Part shown: positions 29,653 to 39,956 of the stretch, in pieces | Position numbering within the stretch: position 1 is the stretch's first letter | Layout: each line of letters opens with the position of its first letter | Assembly (NCBI GenBank): GCA_037481835.1 | Contig: JBBFKW010000007.1 | Coordinates: 139,763-203,762, forward strand | Reading direction: 5' to 3' | DNA from: Desulfosoma sp. | GTDB taxonomy: Bacteria > Desulfobacterota > Syntrophobacteria > Syntrophobacterales > DSM-9756 | DNA length: 64,000 bases | Notes under the pieces: generated by a model | Told to the model about the DNA's origin: nothing | Databases searched by the model: none | What the model saw: the letters and a program-made list of their open reading frames with translations, nothing else | Made by a program: the position numbers and the translations under genes

Positions 29653-31590
29653 ATGGAGCTGAGTGCATCGGACCCGATCCTCATGCCGGCCCTGCTCTTT
29701 ACCCTCATCCTTTTTCCGTTCCTAGCTGCGTTTGGGGCTTATCTCGCGGTCTCCGACCGTTTGCTAAAGGTCATCATCGTGGTTACGGGCGTGGCCCTCG
29801 TGACGGCCTCCTTGGTGCTCAGCGCACAGGTTCCTTTCTCCTTTGCGCTTTCGCCGGATGGGCCCATTGCTTTCCGTGCCGTGATCGAAGTCGCCGATTT
29901 TGCTCTCCTCAGCTTGATTTTCTATTTCGGATGGAAGCATCGGCACCCGACCATCATGGCTTTGGCTGCACTTCAGGGGGTGCTTCTCCTCTATGTGCAA
30001 TTTCTCCTTTCCGAGGGGCAGGCCCACTGGCCTGTCTTCTACGGCGACAATCTGGCGCTGATCATGATTTTCATCATTTCCGTGGTCGGGTCGATTATTT
30101 GCTTTCAGGCCCTCGACTACATGAAGGCTCACGAACAACACCAAGGCCTGGATAGGAGTCGCCGGAGCCGGTTTTTCTCCATCATGGTGCTTTTCCTTGG
30201 AGCGATGAATGGGCTGGTCTTGGCGAACGATATGGCTTTCTTCTACTTCTTTTTTGAAGTCACCACGTTATGTTCCTTCCTGCTCATTGCCCATGACCGC
30301 ACGCCCGTGGCAGTGAGTAACGCACTTCGAGCGTTGTGGATGAACTGTTTGGGAGGTGCCGCCTTTACGGTCGCCATGACCGGCGTGGCGCTGCACGTCA
30401 ATTCTCTGGATCTCAGCCGGTTGACCAGCGCCGGCCCTGCGGACGGTGTTCTTCTGCCGGCCCTGGCCTTCCTGGGCCTGGCCGCCTTTACCAAGGCGGC
30501 CCAATTCCCCTTCCAGAGTTGGCTGTTGGGGGCGATGGTGGCTCCGACGCCGGTGTCCGCCCTGTTGCATTCAAGCACCATGGTGAAGGTGGGGGTCTAC
30601 CTGGTCTTTCGCATGGCGCCCGCAATCCGGGGGACCTTTTTGAGTCACTGTTTGGCCGTGTTTGGCGGGTTCGGCTTTCTCGCAGCGGCGGCTCTGGCGG
30701 TTGGGCAAAGCAACGGGAAGAAGGTCCTGGCCTATTCGACCATCAGCAATCTCGGTCTCATGATCGCCTGCGCAGGGCTCAATACCTCAGCGGCGTTGAC
30801 CGCCGGGGTGTTGCTGATCCTATTCCATGCCGTTAACAAAGCGCTTCTCTTCCTGTGCGTCGGAACGATCGAGCAACGCATTGCGAGCCGCGATATCGAA
30901 GACATGCGCGGCCTTTATACGATCATGCCGGTCACCGCCCTGATGACGGTCTTTGGCGTCATCATGATGATCATGCCGCCTTTCGGGCTCATGCTCGGCA
31001 AGTGGATGGCGATGGAAGCGGCCGCGACCAATCTTTTCGTGATCGTCATGGTGACGTTGGGCAGTGCGCTCACAGTGATGTACTGGGCGCGATGGGCCGG
31101 GATTCTGATGAGCGACCCTTTTGCCGGACGCTTCACCCCGGAACGCCAGCCGTGGCCTACGTGGACGGCCCTGGGCTGTCTGTGTCTTGGCGGGGGAATC
31201 CTCAGTGTGGCGGCGCCGTGGCTCTATTCCCTGTGGTTCACCCGTGCGCTCAGTCCCGGCTATGAACCTCCTTATGGAGTGCACGGGGGAATCCTGGAAA
31301 ATGCCGTGGGCGCCTTTGCGGTATGGCCGCTTGCCGGGGTGGCGGCAGTGGGTTTTGTTCTCGCCGTCGTCGCGGTCTATCGGGCCGGCGGGGCTCGTAT
31401 CGTCAAGCCTTACGTGAGCGGGTTGCAGACGGATACCCCAGGTGTTTTCACCGGCCCCTTGAATCAACCTGTTCAAGCTCGTGCTTCCAACTACTACCTC
31501 TCTTCTCTTTTCGGTGAAAGCCGGCTGACAGTGTGGTTCAACCTGGCGGCTGTTGCGCTGCTTGGCCTCATTTTGGGGGGTGCCCTATGA
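29653..31590 (+). CDS. echA: Ech hydrogenase subunit A (NuoL-like)
   Basis: KAAQFPF, APTPVSALLHSSTMV; multi-TM; AGGAG RBS. Confidence 0.88.
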   Translation: MELSASDPILMPALLFTLILFPFLAAFGAYLAVSDRLLKVIIVVTGVALVTASLVLSAQVPFSFALSPDGPIAFRAVIEVADFALLSLIFYFGWKHRHPTIMALAALQGVLLLYVQFLLSEGQAHWPVFYGDNLALIMIFIISVVGSIICFQALDYMKAHEQHQGLDRSRRSRFFSIMVLFLGAMNGLVLANDMAFFYFFFEVTTLCSFLLIAHDRTPVAVSNALRALWMNCLGGAAFTVAMTGVALHVNSLDLSRLTSAGPADGVLLPALAFLGLAAFTKAAQFPFQSWLLGAMVAPTPVSALLHSSTMVKVGVYLVFRMAPAIRGTFLSHCLAVFGGFGFLAAAALAVGQSNGKKVLAYSTISNLGLMIACAGLNTSAALTAGVLLILFHAVNKALLFLCVGTIEQRIASRDIEDMRGLYTIMPVTALMTVFGVIMMIMPPFGLMLGKWMAMEAAATNLFVIVMVTLGSALTVMYWARWAGILMSDPFAGRFTPERQPWPTWTALGCLCLGGGILSVAAPWLYSLWFTRALSPGYEPPYGVHGGILENAVGAFAVWPLAGVAAVGFVLAVVAVYRAGGARIVKPYVSGLQTDTPGVFTGPLNQPVQARASNYYLSSLFGESRLTVWFNLAAVALLGLILGGAL

Positions 31591-32438
31591 ACGAGGGTCT
31601 GCTTGTGGCCGGGTTTGCCCTGGTGGGGGCGCCCCTTTTGGGAGGGTTAATCACGGGGGCGGACAGGATTATCACGGCGCGGCTTCAAGCCAGGATCGGG
31701 CCTCCGTTGATCCAGCCGTTCTACGATGTGGCCAAACTCCTGGGCAAAGAGCAGATCGCCGTCAATGTCTGGCAGGTTTTCGGCGCCTGTGCGTACCTCA
31801 TGGCTTCGGCGATCGCCGTGGTTCTCCTGGCGCTTCGCACCGACCTCTTGGTGATCCTCTTCACGCAGGCCGTGGGATCCGTCTTCTTGGTGGTGGGCGC
31901 GCTCGCTTCCGCTTCACCATACAGTCAGGTGGGAGCGCATCGGGAACTCTTGCAGGTCTTGTGCTACGAACCCTTGTTGATTCTCGTGGCTGTAGGCGTT
32001 TATCTCCACGTGGGCAGTTTCAAGGTTTCCGATATCCTCGCATGGCAAACGCCCCTGTTGTCCAAACTGCCTTTTCTCTTCTTGGCTCTTGGCTGTGTGC
32101 TGACCATCAAGCTCCGCAAGTCGCCTTTCGACCTTTCCACCAGCCATCACGGGCACCAAGAAATCGTCAAGGGGCTTCTCACCGATTACTCGGGGCCCAT
32201 TCTCGCCTTCGCCGAAATCGGCCATTGGCTTGAGACCGTCTTGCTGCTGGGCCTCTGCGCGCTTTTCTGGACCACCCACTGGTTGGGGATGATTCTTTTG
32301 GCGGGCGCAACCTTCGCCCTCCAAATCCTGATCGACAATGTGTCGTCCCGCATGAATTGGCGGTGGATGCTGGGCTACGTGTGGGCTGTGGGTTTGAGTC
32401 TTTCGGTGGTGAATCTGGTCTGGGTCCAGGCGAGGTGA
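31587..32438 (+). CDS. echB: Ech hydrogenase subunit B (NuoH-like)
   Basis: RLQARIGPP, KSPFDLS..HQE. Confidence 0.88.
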   Translation: MNEGLLVAGFALVGAPLLGGLITGADRIITARLQARIGPPLIQPFYDVAKLLGKEQIAVNVWQVFGACAYLMASAIAVVLLALRTDLLVILFTQAVGSVFLVVGALASASPYSQVGAHRELLQVLCYEPLLILVAVGVYLHVGSFKVSDILAWQTPLLSKLPFLFLALGCVLTIKLRKSPFDLSTSHHGHQEIVKGLLTDYSGPILAFAEIGHWLETVLLLGLCALFWTTHWLGMILLAGATFALQILIDNVSSRMNWRWMLGYVWAVGLSLSVVNLVWVQAR

Positions 32439-32443
32439 TCCTC

Positions 32444-32926
32444 ATGTGGGAACGTATGACACAGGGGTCGAGGATCAAATCCCCTTGGCTGCTCCACTAC
32501 GATTGCGGCAGCTGTAATGGATGTGATATCGAAGTGTTGGCCTGCCTGACCCCGATCTACGATCTGGAACGATTCGGCGTCGTCAATGTGGGCAATCCGT
32601 TGCACGCCGATATCCTGTTGGTTACCGGCACGGTCAATCATCGCAACAAGAGGGTGCTTCGGAACCTTTATGAACAGATGCCGCGGCCCAAGGTGGTCAT
32701 AGCCGTCGGCTCTTGTGCCCTCACGGGCGGTGTGTTCCGCGAGGCCTACAACGTGGTAGGAGGCGTGGCCAAAGTGATTCCGGTGGATGTGTACGTGCCG
32801 GGGTGCCCCGTCAAGCCGGAAGCCGTCATCGACGGCGTCATCCTTGGCCTGGAAAGATTCAGGAGGAAAAAGAGTGGAAAGAATCTTCTGGAGCCGGGGG
32901 ACTGGGGTGAGGAGCGAAGGGGATGA
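32444..32926 (+). CDS. echC: Ech hydrogenase small subunit
   Basis: SCNGCDIE, GSCA, VPGCP. Confidence 0.9.
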   Translation: MWERMTQGSRIKSPWLLHYDCGSCNGCDIEVLACLTPIYDLERFGVVNVGNPLHADILLVTGTVNHRNKRVLRNLYEQMPRPKVVIAVGSCALTGGVFREAYNVVGGVAKVIPVDVYVPGCPVKPEAVIDGVILGLERFRRKKSGKNLLEPGDWGEERRG

Positions 32927-33330
32927 GCATGGAAGCCATTGCCGTCAGCCCGGAACATGTGGTGGGCGCATGCGCCGAAAGAAAAGCCGCGGGCTATCGA
33001 TTCGTCACCATGACGTGCGTGGCCGTGGATGAGCACATGCTTGATGTCCTTTATCATTTCGACAAGGACATGGAGCTTGAACATCTGCGCCTCAGGATCC
33101 CCAAGGACAGCTGCGTGCCGAGCATCACCCCCGTCTTTTTCGCCGCCTTTCTGGTGGAAAACGAGATCCAGGACCTGTTCGGACTGCGCTTTTGCGGCCT
33201 GGCAATTGACTACAAGCACTCCCTTTACTTGGATGAGGCAGCCCCCAAGGCGCCTTTCTGCAAAGGTGCGGTGGACGCCTCTCCGAGGCCGGGCGGAAAA
33301 CCGCCTGGAGATCCTGAGTCATCTGAGTGA
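32923..33330 (+). CDS. echD: Ech hydrogenase subunit D (NuoC-like)
   Basis: PSITP..ENEIQDLFG. Confidence 0.85.
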   Translation: MSMEAIAVSPEHVVGACAERKAAGYRFVTMTCVAVDEHMLDVLYHFDKDMELEHLRLRIPKDSCVPSITPVFFAAFLVENEIQDLFGLRFCGLAIDYKHSLYLDEAAPKAPFCKGAVDASPRPGGKPPGDPESSE

Positions 33331-33361
33331 TGCGGAATCTGGAAGAGATGCAGGAGTCACC

Positions 33362-34438
33362 ATGCCGGTGTCTGTCATCCCCTTCGGCCCTCAGCATCCG
33401 GTGCTGCCGGAACCCATCCACCTCAAACTGACGGTGGAAGATGAGGTCATTCGCGAGGCTGTTCCCGCCTTGGGATATGTTCACCGAGGGCTGGAAAAGC
33501 TTGCTGAAATCCGGGACTTTCAGCAGATGATTCAAATCGTCGAGCGGGTCTGCGGCATCTGTTCCATGATGCATTCTCTGTGCTACGTGCAGGGCATCGA
33601 AGCCATGATGGGGATCGAGGTGCCGCCGAGAGCGAAATACCTTCGGGTGATTTGGGCGGAACTCCATCGCATGCACAGCCACCTCCTCTGGCTGGGACTT
33701 TTTGCCGACAGCTTCGGTTTCGAGAGCCTGTTCATGGAGATTTGGAAGATTCGGGAAAAGATCATGGATCTGCAGGAAGCCACGACCGGAAACAGGGTCA
33801 TCGTCTCGGTCAATGTGATCGGCGGTGTTCGGCGCGATCTGAGTCCGGAGCAGCAGCGGATGATCCTCACGACTCTCAAGGACGTGGAAGACGAAGTGCG
33901 GCGACTGGAAAAGACCTTGTTGGACGATTACACGATCAAGAAACGAACCAAGGGAAAGGGCGTGCTTCGTTCCGACCAGGCCCTCGAACTTGGATGCGTG
34001 GGACCGGTGCTGCGCGGAAGCGGTGTCGCCAAAGACACCCGCCTCCTGGGCTATGCCGCCTACAACGAACTGAGCTTCCAGCCGGTGGTGGAACCGGATG
34101 GGGATTGCCATGCCCGCGGTAAGGTTCGGTACCGGGAGGTCCTGCAAAGCATCGATTTGATCCGGCAGGCACTTTCCAAACTGCCTGACGGCGAACTCAG
34201 CGCTTCGGTGCGAGGCCGACCGGAAGGCGAGGGCACGGCCCGGGTGGAGCAACCCCGAGGAGAGCTCTTTTATTATATCCGGGCCGACGGTGGGAGGCAG
34301 CTCAGCAGAGTGCGGATCAGGACTCCCACCTTTGCCAACCTGCCGGCGCTGGTGACCATGCTGCCCGGCGTTTACCTTTCAGACGTCCCCGTTGTGGTGA
34401 TGTCCATCGATCCGTGCATCAGTTGCACGGAACGGTAG
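33362..34438 (+). CDS. echE: Ech hydrogenase large [NiFe] subunit (group 4)
   Basis: ERVCGIC and terminal DPCISCTER Ni-binding motifs. Confidence 0.93.
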   Translation: MPVSVIPFGPQHPVLPEPIHLKLTVEDEVIREAVPALGYVHRGLEKLAEIRDFQQMIQIVERVCGICSMMHSLCYVQGIEAMMGIEVPPRAKYLRVIWAELHRMHSHLLWLGLFADSFGFESLFMEIWKIREKIMDLQEATTGNRVIVSVNVIGGVRRDLSPEQQRMILTTLKDVEDEVRRLEKTLLDDYTIKKRTKGKGVLRSDQALELGCVGPVLRGSGVAKDTRLLGYAAYNELSFQPVVEPDGDCHARGKVRYREVLQSIDLIRQALSKLPDGELSASVRGRPEGEGTARVEQPRGELFYYIRADGGRQLSRVRIRTPTFANLPALVTMLPGVYLSDVPVVVMSIDPCISCTER

Positions 34439-34466
34439 GGGACGACCCCGGGAAGAGGAGGCGACC

Positions 34467-34826
34467 ATGTTCTCGATGGCCCCCAGCCTGATGCGAAACT
34501 TCTTTTCGAAAAAGGCTACGCGGCGTTACCCGCAGGTCGCGAGACCGCCTTTCGCGGACGCTCGCGGCGAACTCACAAACGATGCCGCTCTGTGCACCTT
34601 CTGCGGGGTCTGCGCCGCCAAATGCCCGTCCCAATGCATCCGCGTGGATAAGAAATCCGTGTCTTGGCAATATGATCCCTTCGCCTGTATTTACTGCGGT
34701 ATCTGCGTGGAAAACTGCAAAGCCAAGTCGCTTCGGATGCACCCCCACTATCGGCCGCCGACGGTGGTCCACGAGATCATCGTCTTGCACGGCAAGGCTC
34801 CTGGCGCTGTGTCTCGAAAAGACTGA
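34467..34826 (+). CDS. echF: Ech hydrogenase subunit F (2x4Fe-4S)
   Basis: CTFCGVCAAKCP, CIYCGICVENC. Confidence 0.88.
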   Translation: MFSMAPSLMRNFFSKKATRRYPQVARPPFADARGELTNDAALCTFCGVCAAKCPSQCIRVDKKSVSWQYDPFACIYCGICVENCKAKSLRMHPHYRPPTVVHEIIVLHGKAPGAVSRKD

Positions 34827-34963
34827 CGATCCCCCTCGAATCTCCATTCGTCATTCTGGGAAGCTCCCGATTTCGGCACGAAGGTGAAAAGGACGATCAT
34901 GCGCCCCTTCTCCTGCTCCATCCGCATGAGCGAGGGAGGTCAAGACTGGGTTGTCATAGCGGG

Positions 34964-35731
34964 TCAGTTTTCGGCTGTCGCTTCGATCCTCGGCATCAGC
35001 GCGAACACCCCCCAGCCAAGGTACTCCCGTGTGTACGTGGCATAGCGCACGGGTTCCGAGGTCAGTAGGGCTCGAACCTCTTTCGCCAACTCGTCGTCGG
35101 GATGGGTTTCAAGCCATCGGCGCATGGTGAGCCATTTGGCCGCTTCGTATCTGTCCCAGCTGTCTTGGTCGGCCAGGACCATTTCAACGACGTCGTAGCC
35201 GAGGCGGCCGAAAGACATGAGAAGTTCCGGGAGCCCGAGAAAGTCGGAGATTGATTCGGCCAGACACCCCTTGGCAACGTCTTCCGTCGGCGGGATCTTC
35301 CGCCAGTAGGGCTCCCCGATAAGGATGATCCCTCCGGTGCGGAGGCTCCGGGCCAGAAGCTCGATAGTGCCCGCGACTCCGCCTCCGATCCATGTGGCCC
35401 CCACACAGGCCGCCACATCGACCTGTTCGTCGGCCGTGTAGCCCGCAGCGTCGCCGTGGATGAACGTGACTCGATGGGCCACGCCGAGCTCTTCGGCGCG
35501 GAGTTTCGCGTGCTCGGTGAACAAATGACTCATGTCGATGCCGGTGCCGACGATTTGGTAATCGCGCGCCCAGGTGCACAGCAATTCCCCCGAGCCGCTG
35601 CCAAGGTCGAGCACACGCATCCCCGGCTCCAAACGCAACGCCGCGCCGAGCGCAGCGAGCTTTTCGGGGGTGAACGGGTTATGGATTCGGTGTGCACTTT
35701 CGGTGATGTTGAAGATCCGTGGAATGTCCAT
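34964..35731 (-). CDS. Class I SAM-dependent methyltransferase, YjhP-like
   Basis: VLDLGSGSG; MDIPRIF...HRIHNPFT and WDRYEAAKW as recalled for E. coli YjhP. Confidence 0.85.
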   Translation of the reverse strand: MDIPRIFNITESAHRIHNPFTPEKLAALGAALRLEPGMRVLDLGSGSGELLCTWARDYQIVGTGIDMSHLFTEHAKLRAEELGVAHRVTFIHGDAAGYTADEQVDVAACVGATWIGGGVAGTIELLARSLRTGGIILIGEPYWRKIPPTEDVAKGCLAESISDFLGLPELLMSFGRLGYDVVEMVLADQDSWDRYEAAKWLTMRRWLETHPDDELAKEVRALLTSEPVRYATYTREYLGWGVFALMPRIEATAEN

Positions 35732-36272
35732 GTGGGGAAACCTCTTTATGGGTCAGGTTCGGTCACAGCCCCACAATAGGGAGATGGACCGGAATGAAAT
35801 AATAGATGTTCCGTTTTGGACCATGGAGGTCTTTCCATTGTGAGGACAAAAAACCGGTTCCGATAAGGAATTTTTTCTGCCCTGAATGAGCCGCGACTTC
35901 GACGGGGCAAAGCTCTGTACCGTTTTAGGGGGCTCATTCCCATTGGATCGAAAGCGTATAAAAGTCCGGCGTTCCTTCGGTCTCCCTTCTTCCATCAGGC
36001 TTGAACGTATAGACCCGATCCTTCCTGCGCTGCATGAGAGCGCGAAAGGCTTCGTGTTGTCCGGCCCCGATGGGCTTGCGTTCCACTGTTTCAAAGGCCT
36101 CGATGGAGTTGATCGTCTCACGGGAGTCCAACCGCAGGTCCGGTTGGGAAAGGAGGTTTTTCCCATCCGTCGAAGAAAAGGGCGAATCCCGGTCTGCGGC
36201 CTGACGTTGGGGGGCGACGCGGAGCCGACCGGGCACGGCGGATCGGCTCCTCGATTTTTTAAGTCTTTCGGC

Positions 36273-36470
36273 TCATTCCTCAATAATGATGGCGCCCGGG
36301 GCGCATTCCTCCGCGGCCTGCCTCACTTTGGCTTCCAAAGGCTTCGGGACCACTTCGACGATGACCCGGGAAAGCAGCTGGTCTTCGTCGTACTGGAATA
36401 CTTCGGGACACACCTTGGTGCAATTGCGGTCTCCCATGCACAAATCATAATCGATGCGCACCTTCATCAC
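36273..36470 (-). CDS. Single-cluster ferredoxin (CxxDxxC type)
   Basis: CMGDRNCTKVCP...EECAPGAI. Confidence 0.85.
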   Translation of the reverse strand: MMKVRIDYDLCMGDRNCTKVCPEVFQYDEDQLLSRVIVEVVPKPLEAKVRQAAEECAPGAIIIEE

Positions 36471-36934
36471 CCTTCTCCCCGTCCGTCGCCCGATGAGTGC
36501 GGTCGAACCACCAAGACTGGTACGCGGGCGTTTCGCACCACCTTTTCCGCCACGCTTCCGAAGGGAAAATGCCCCCGCATCCCGTGACTCGTCAGGATCA
36601 CCAGGTCAATTCCTTCGGATTCGATGGTTTCCAGAATCTTTTTCGCCGGGTCGCCGCCAAGGACCAGCCTTTTAAATCGAGGGCAGCCCTTGAGGCTTTC
36701 CCGACAAAGTTGATCCAGACGTTCTTCGGCTTCCTTGACAATCCAGCGATGGAATTCTTCCAAATGCTTTCGGCCCCATTCCCCGTACCAGGGCTCATGC
36801 CCGGTCATGTCCTCCGCCACATACAGAAGAATGATCTCCGCCCCGTATTTCCCGGCGAGGTCCAAGGCGAAAGGCAAGGCGGCCGAACCGCTCTTGGAAA
36901 GATCCGTCGGCCACAAGATTTTCGTCACCTTCAT
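36467..36934 (-). CDS. Universal stress protein
   Basis: ILWPTDLS, GDPA, GSVAEKVVR. Confidence 0.92.
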   Translation of the reverse strand: MKVTKILWPTDLSKSGSAALPFALDLAGKYGAEIILLYVAEDMTGHEPWYGEWGRKHLEEFHRWIVKEAEERLDQLCRESLKGCPRFKRLVLGGDPAKKILETIESEGIDLVILTSHGMRGHFPFGSVAEKVVRNARVPVLVVRPHSSGDGRGEG

Positions 36935-37357
36935 GGCTGGATCCTCCTCTCACGCGTTTTGTTGAGAGAGACCTCCCCGACGCGCAGACCGAGAGTCTCC
37001 CTTCTTGCGGGATCCATCTTCACAGTAAGACTCACGGCGGAGGGGCACAAGGTCGTCAGAGGATGCCCTTGATGAAAGGCAATGAGCTTTGTCCACGTGC
37101 CGTCCCCTGGGTCTCCAGGCGCCATATCCCGACAATGTCGCCGTTGCCGGTTTTCCCCTTTGTGGGGTTGAACGCACCAAAGCCTTCACAGAAAACGAAA
37201 AAGGACCTGGCCGTGTGAGCCAAGTCCTTGACTTTCCAGGTAGCAGAGCCGTCATGCCGCCGCGCGACCTCACACGCTGCGGAGCTGGTCGGCGACGTTC
37301 TGGACCGGCCGATGCCGGCAGGCTGCGACGTTCTTGGCCGGCCGACCCCTCGATTTT

Positions 37358-37729
37358 TTATGGAAGGCCTTCGTCTTGGTTTCCCTGGGAAACATCAGCA
37401 AGGAGCCGCTCAAGCAGCGGGAGCAATTCCGGGATATTCTTCGTCGCCGTTTCCCACACGATCCGGCTGTTCACCCCAAAGTAGTCGTGAACGACAATAT
37501 TGCGCATCCCGCGTATTTCAAACCACGGGATATCCGACGTTCGGGAGACGATTTCCTCCGGCACATGGGTTGCCGCCTCACCCAATATGGTCAACTGGCG
37601 GATGACAGCATCAAAGGTTTTCTCATCCCGGGCAAAACCCTCGAATGTCAACCCCTCGACGTAAGCTCCTCTTTTCCTCGCCGCGTTCAGCATATCCTGA
37701 ATGCGAAACCGCCACTTTCTAGGCGACAT
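37358..37729 (-). CDS. HepT-like HEPN RNase toxin (DUF86)
   Basis: RNIVVHDY (RX4HXY). Confidence 0.88.
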   Translation of the reverse strand: MSPRKWRFRIQDMLNAARKRGAYVEGLTFEGFARDEKTFDAVIRQLTILGEAATHVPEEIVSRTSDIPWFEIRGMRNIVVHDYFGVNSRIVWETATKNIPELLPLLERLLADVSQGNQDEGLP

Positions 37730-38015
37730 GAACGGCCTCCCTCAGGATGTCGTCCCTGAGCGCAGGGTGTAGAGCATCAGGCGTCCCCAAATCCACTTCC
37801 ATGCCGAGCAATTCGCTCAGCTCCCGTTTCAGCCTCATGAACTCAAACAGCCCGACGGCTGCACCCGGTTCAAACTCAACGAGAACGTCGATATCGCTGC
37901 CCGGCCCCGCCTTCCCGCGCACCACCGAACCGAATACCGACAAGGAGCGCACATGATGCCGAGCCAGTAGCGGGCGATGATCACGAAGGATCTTGATGAT
38001 CTTTTCCTTGTCCAC
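37719..38015 (-). CDS. MNT nucleotidyltransferase antitoxin (MntA-like)
   Basis: GS-X10-DID; overlaps HEPN start; GTG start. Confidence 0.88.
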   Translation of the reverse strand: MDKEKIIKILRDHRPLLARHHVRSLSVFGSVVRGKAGPGSDIDVLVEFEPGAAVGLFEFMRLKRELSELLGMEVDLGTPDALHPALRDDILREAVHVA

Positions 38016-38539
38016 GGCTACACCCCCCCTCTTGGGACCCGGTGAGATTGAGCCGTTTGCCTGGGTTAAGAAGTCCGGCCGGGTTCTCCCGAATGCTAGC
38101 CGGCCAAGACCAAAATCCACCGTTTTGGCAATCACGGCGGGTTCCACAAGATCGGCGGCTTCCACGACTGTCTCGGCCTCCAGCTCCCTCACCTCTGGCA
38201 CATCTTTCTGTCCACCTTCCACTGACCGCTGCCCACTCAATCGAGCCGCGATCTCCCCGCGGTCCTGGTCAAGGCTGTCGACTCACGGAGCGGCAGGAAA
38301 GCTGAAATTTGCGTAAAATACTGAAATAGAAAAGATTTTCATTGTGCCTGCCCGACGGTTGTGCGACAGTGCTCCATGTCAAAGAGGGAAGCAAAACGTC
38401 AAGCTACACGAAAGCACAGAACCTGCCGTGAAAGCCTATCCCAAATTGCCCCCATCTTTCAAGTCTTTTGAGCCTTATTCCCAAAAACATGACCCCGGAA
38501 GCCAGGCGCTCCGCCGAAAATTTCACCTGCACTCGCAAG

Positions 38540-39070
38540 CTCCCTTTGTAGCGGGCATCTTCCGTGATTGCCGTCGCGGTGACCGTTTCCGCGTTCAACG
38601 CCATGCCGTCGGGATCAACCGTTTGCATGCACGCTTCCTTCACAGCCGCCATGACGGCATCGGTGCTGTTGTTCAATTTACCCGGCAGGTCAATGTCTTT
38701 TGTGGGAAGGGACACCGGTGCCGTCCAGGCGGTGGATCGCGATGCCCTCGGTGAAGGATTTGCCGCCGAAGCGGAAGGACCGTATGCGAGGGAAATCCAG
38801 CCGGGGTTCCTTCGCACCGCGCGGCAGAGCCAAATCGACCTAGGAATTTGGGGCGTCAGGTCATGAAAAGCCGGTGCCGAAATAAGGCAAACCACCCTGG
38901 GGGGAATACGCCTCCCCACGATCACGAGGTCCGGGTTTTCGAGAGGAGAGCCGTCGGCGAGCCGGTATACCTCGCAGTTGATCTTTCCCAGCCGGCCTGT
39001 ATCCCGCATTGCGTGAGGGTATTCGGGTGGATTCCCGGACGAAGGGCATCCGCCGCTGATGGGATTGTCC
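38540..39070 (-). pseudogene. Degraded AbiEi/AbiEii type IV TA remnant
   Basis: AbiEi-like YRLAD..PDLV..CLISAPAFHDLTPQIP and, in another frame, PRLDFP..FTEGI; joined to AbiEii-like TKDIDL..DGM..ITEDARYKG; boundaries approximate. Confidence 0.7.
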
Positions 39071-39716
39071 GATTATCGGCGGATCGCCACGGCCAGTCGC
39101 CAAAGGTTTTTTAAAACCTCGGGCTGCCAGAGCTCCAAGGCCACAAGAGTCGCGACCCCCGTGATCCACCCCGTCATGGCGGCGCACGCCACGGCCGTCC
39201 ACTGAAGGTTCTCGCCGACGGATTGGATCTTCCGGGCCGCCTCGGCCGCCTGCCCGGCGAAGGGATCTATCTCATAAGGGGAAGTTCCGCGTCGAAATTC
39301 GGGTGCCCGGAAATGCACCCACGCGCCTTTCAAGGCTGTTGAAGAAGGCTCGGGATCTTGGAATCGGTTCTAGTTTCTTGATGCTTGGCAGTTAATATCA
39401 ACATAAATGGGTTCGTTGCCACGGGCTCTGGAAGGTTCCGTCCCAGGAACAACAGTCGGGCATCTCCTGGGGTGCTCGAGTGTGTGGGCGAAAGAAGAGC
39501 GGAGGGGGGTGTCCGACGAGCCATGAGTGAGCCCATTCTGGGCACCCCTCCGGAACCCGGTTTGCGGCAAGGGGACGTCTTTTGGGGCATATTGAAAAGC
39601 CGGGTACTCAAAGCAGGATCATAGGGAGAAAGGGAACCGGAAGCGGGATTGCCAAGAACCGAGGCAGCACACTACTTTTCTCTGAGCCTTGTCTTGACAA
39701 TGGAGTTCACCTAAAA

Positions 39717-39956
39717 GTGACGGCCAAGATCGATCGTGCTACCGGCGCCGCCCGGCGTGAGATCGAGCTGCTCAAGGAGTTTCGCAGCCGCCTGATCGCC
39801 GACGTGGTCACCGGCAAGGTGGACGTAAGCGAGGTGGCGGCGCGGCTGCCGGAAGAGCCCGAGGAGTCGGAATGGTCCGATCTCGAAAACGTTCCTGAAA
39901 ACGCCGACGCGGATGATGATAGCGTCCCTCCCGGCGAGGAGGATTCCGATGGCTAG
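39717..39956 (+). pseudogene. hsdS: Type I R-M specificity subunit, C-terminal fragment 1
   Basis: REIELLKEFRSRLIADVVTGKVDV..AARLPEE plus acidic tail. Confidence 0.82.

Noticed and set aside
29653..34826. NADH dehydrogenase (nuo) operon
   Set aside because: Large subunit keeps both NiFe CxxC motifs and the six-gene layout matches Ech
35934..36236. 100-aa minus-strand ORF between ferredoxin and methyltransferase
   Set aside because: No motif or clear RBS; cannot be supported as a gene
34830..37350. Second att site (duplicate of tRNA 3' end) delimiting the island
   Set aside because: No convincing copy found by eye; boundary left undefined
38040..38290. N-terminal extension of the MNT ORF, possibly a restriction-enzyme fragment
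   Set aside because: MNT domain starts at GTG 38015; the upstream peptide cannot be assigned reliably
39073..39333. Short ORF with a hydrophobic segment, possibly a plasmid mobilisation remnant
   Set aside because: Resemblance too weak to call without a search
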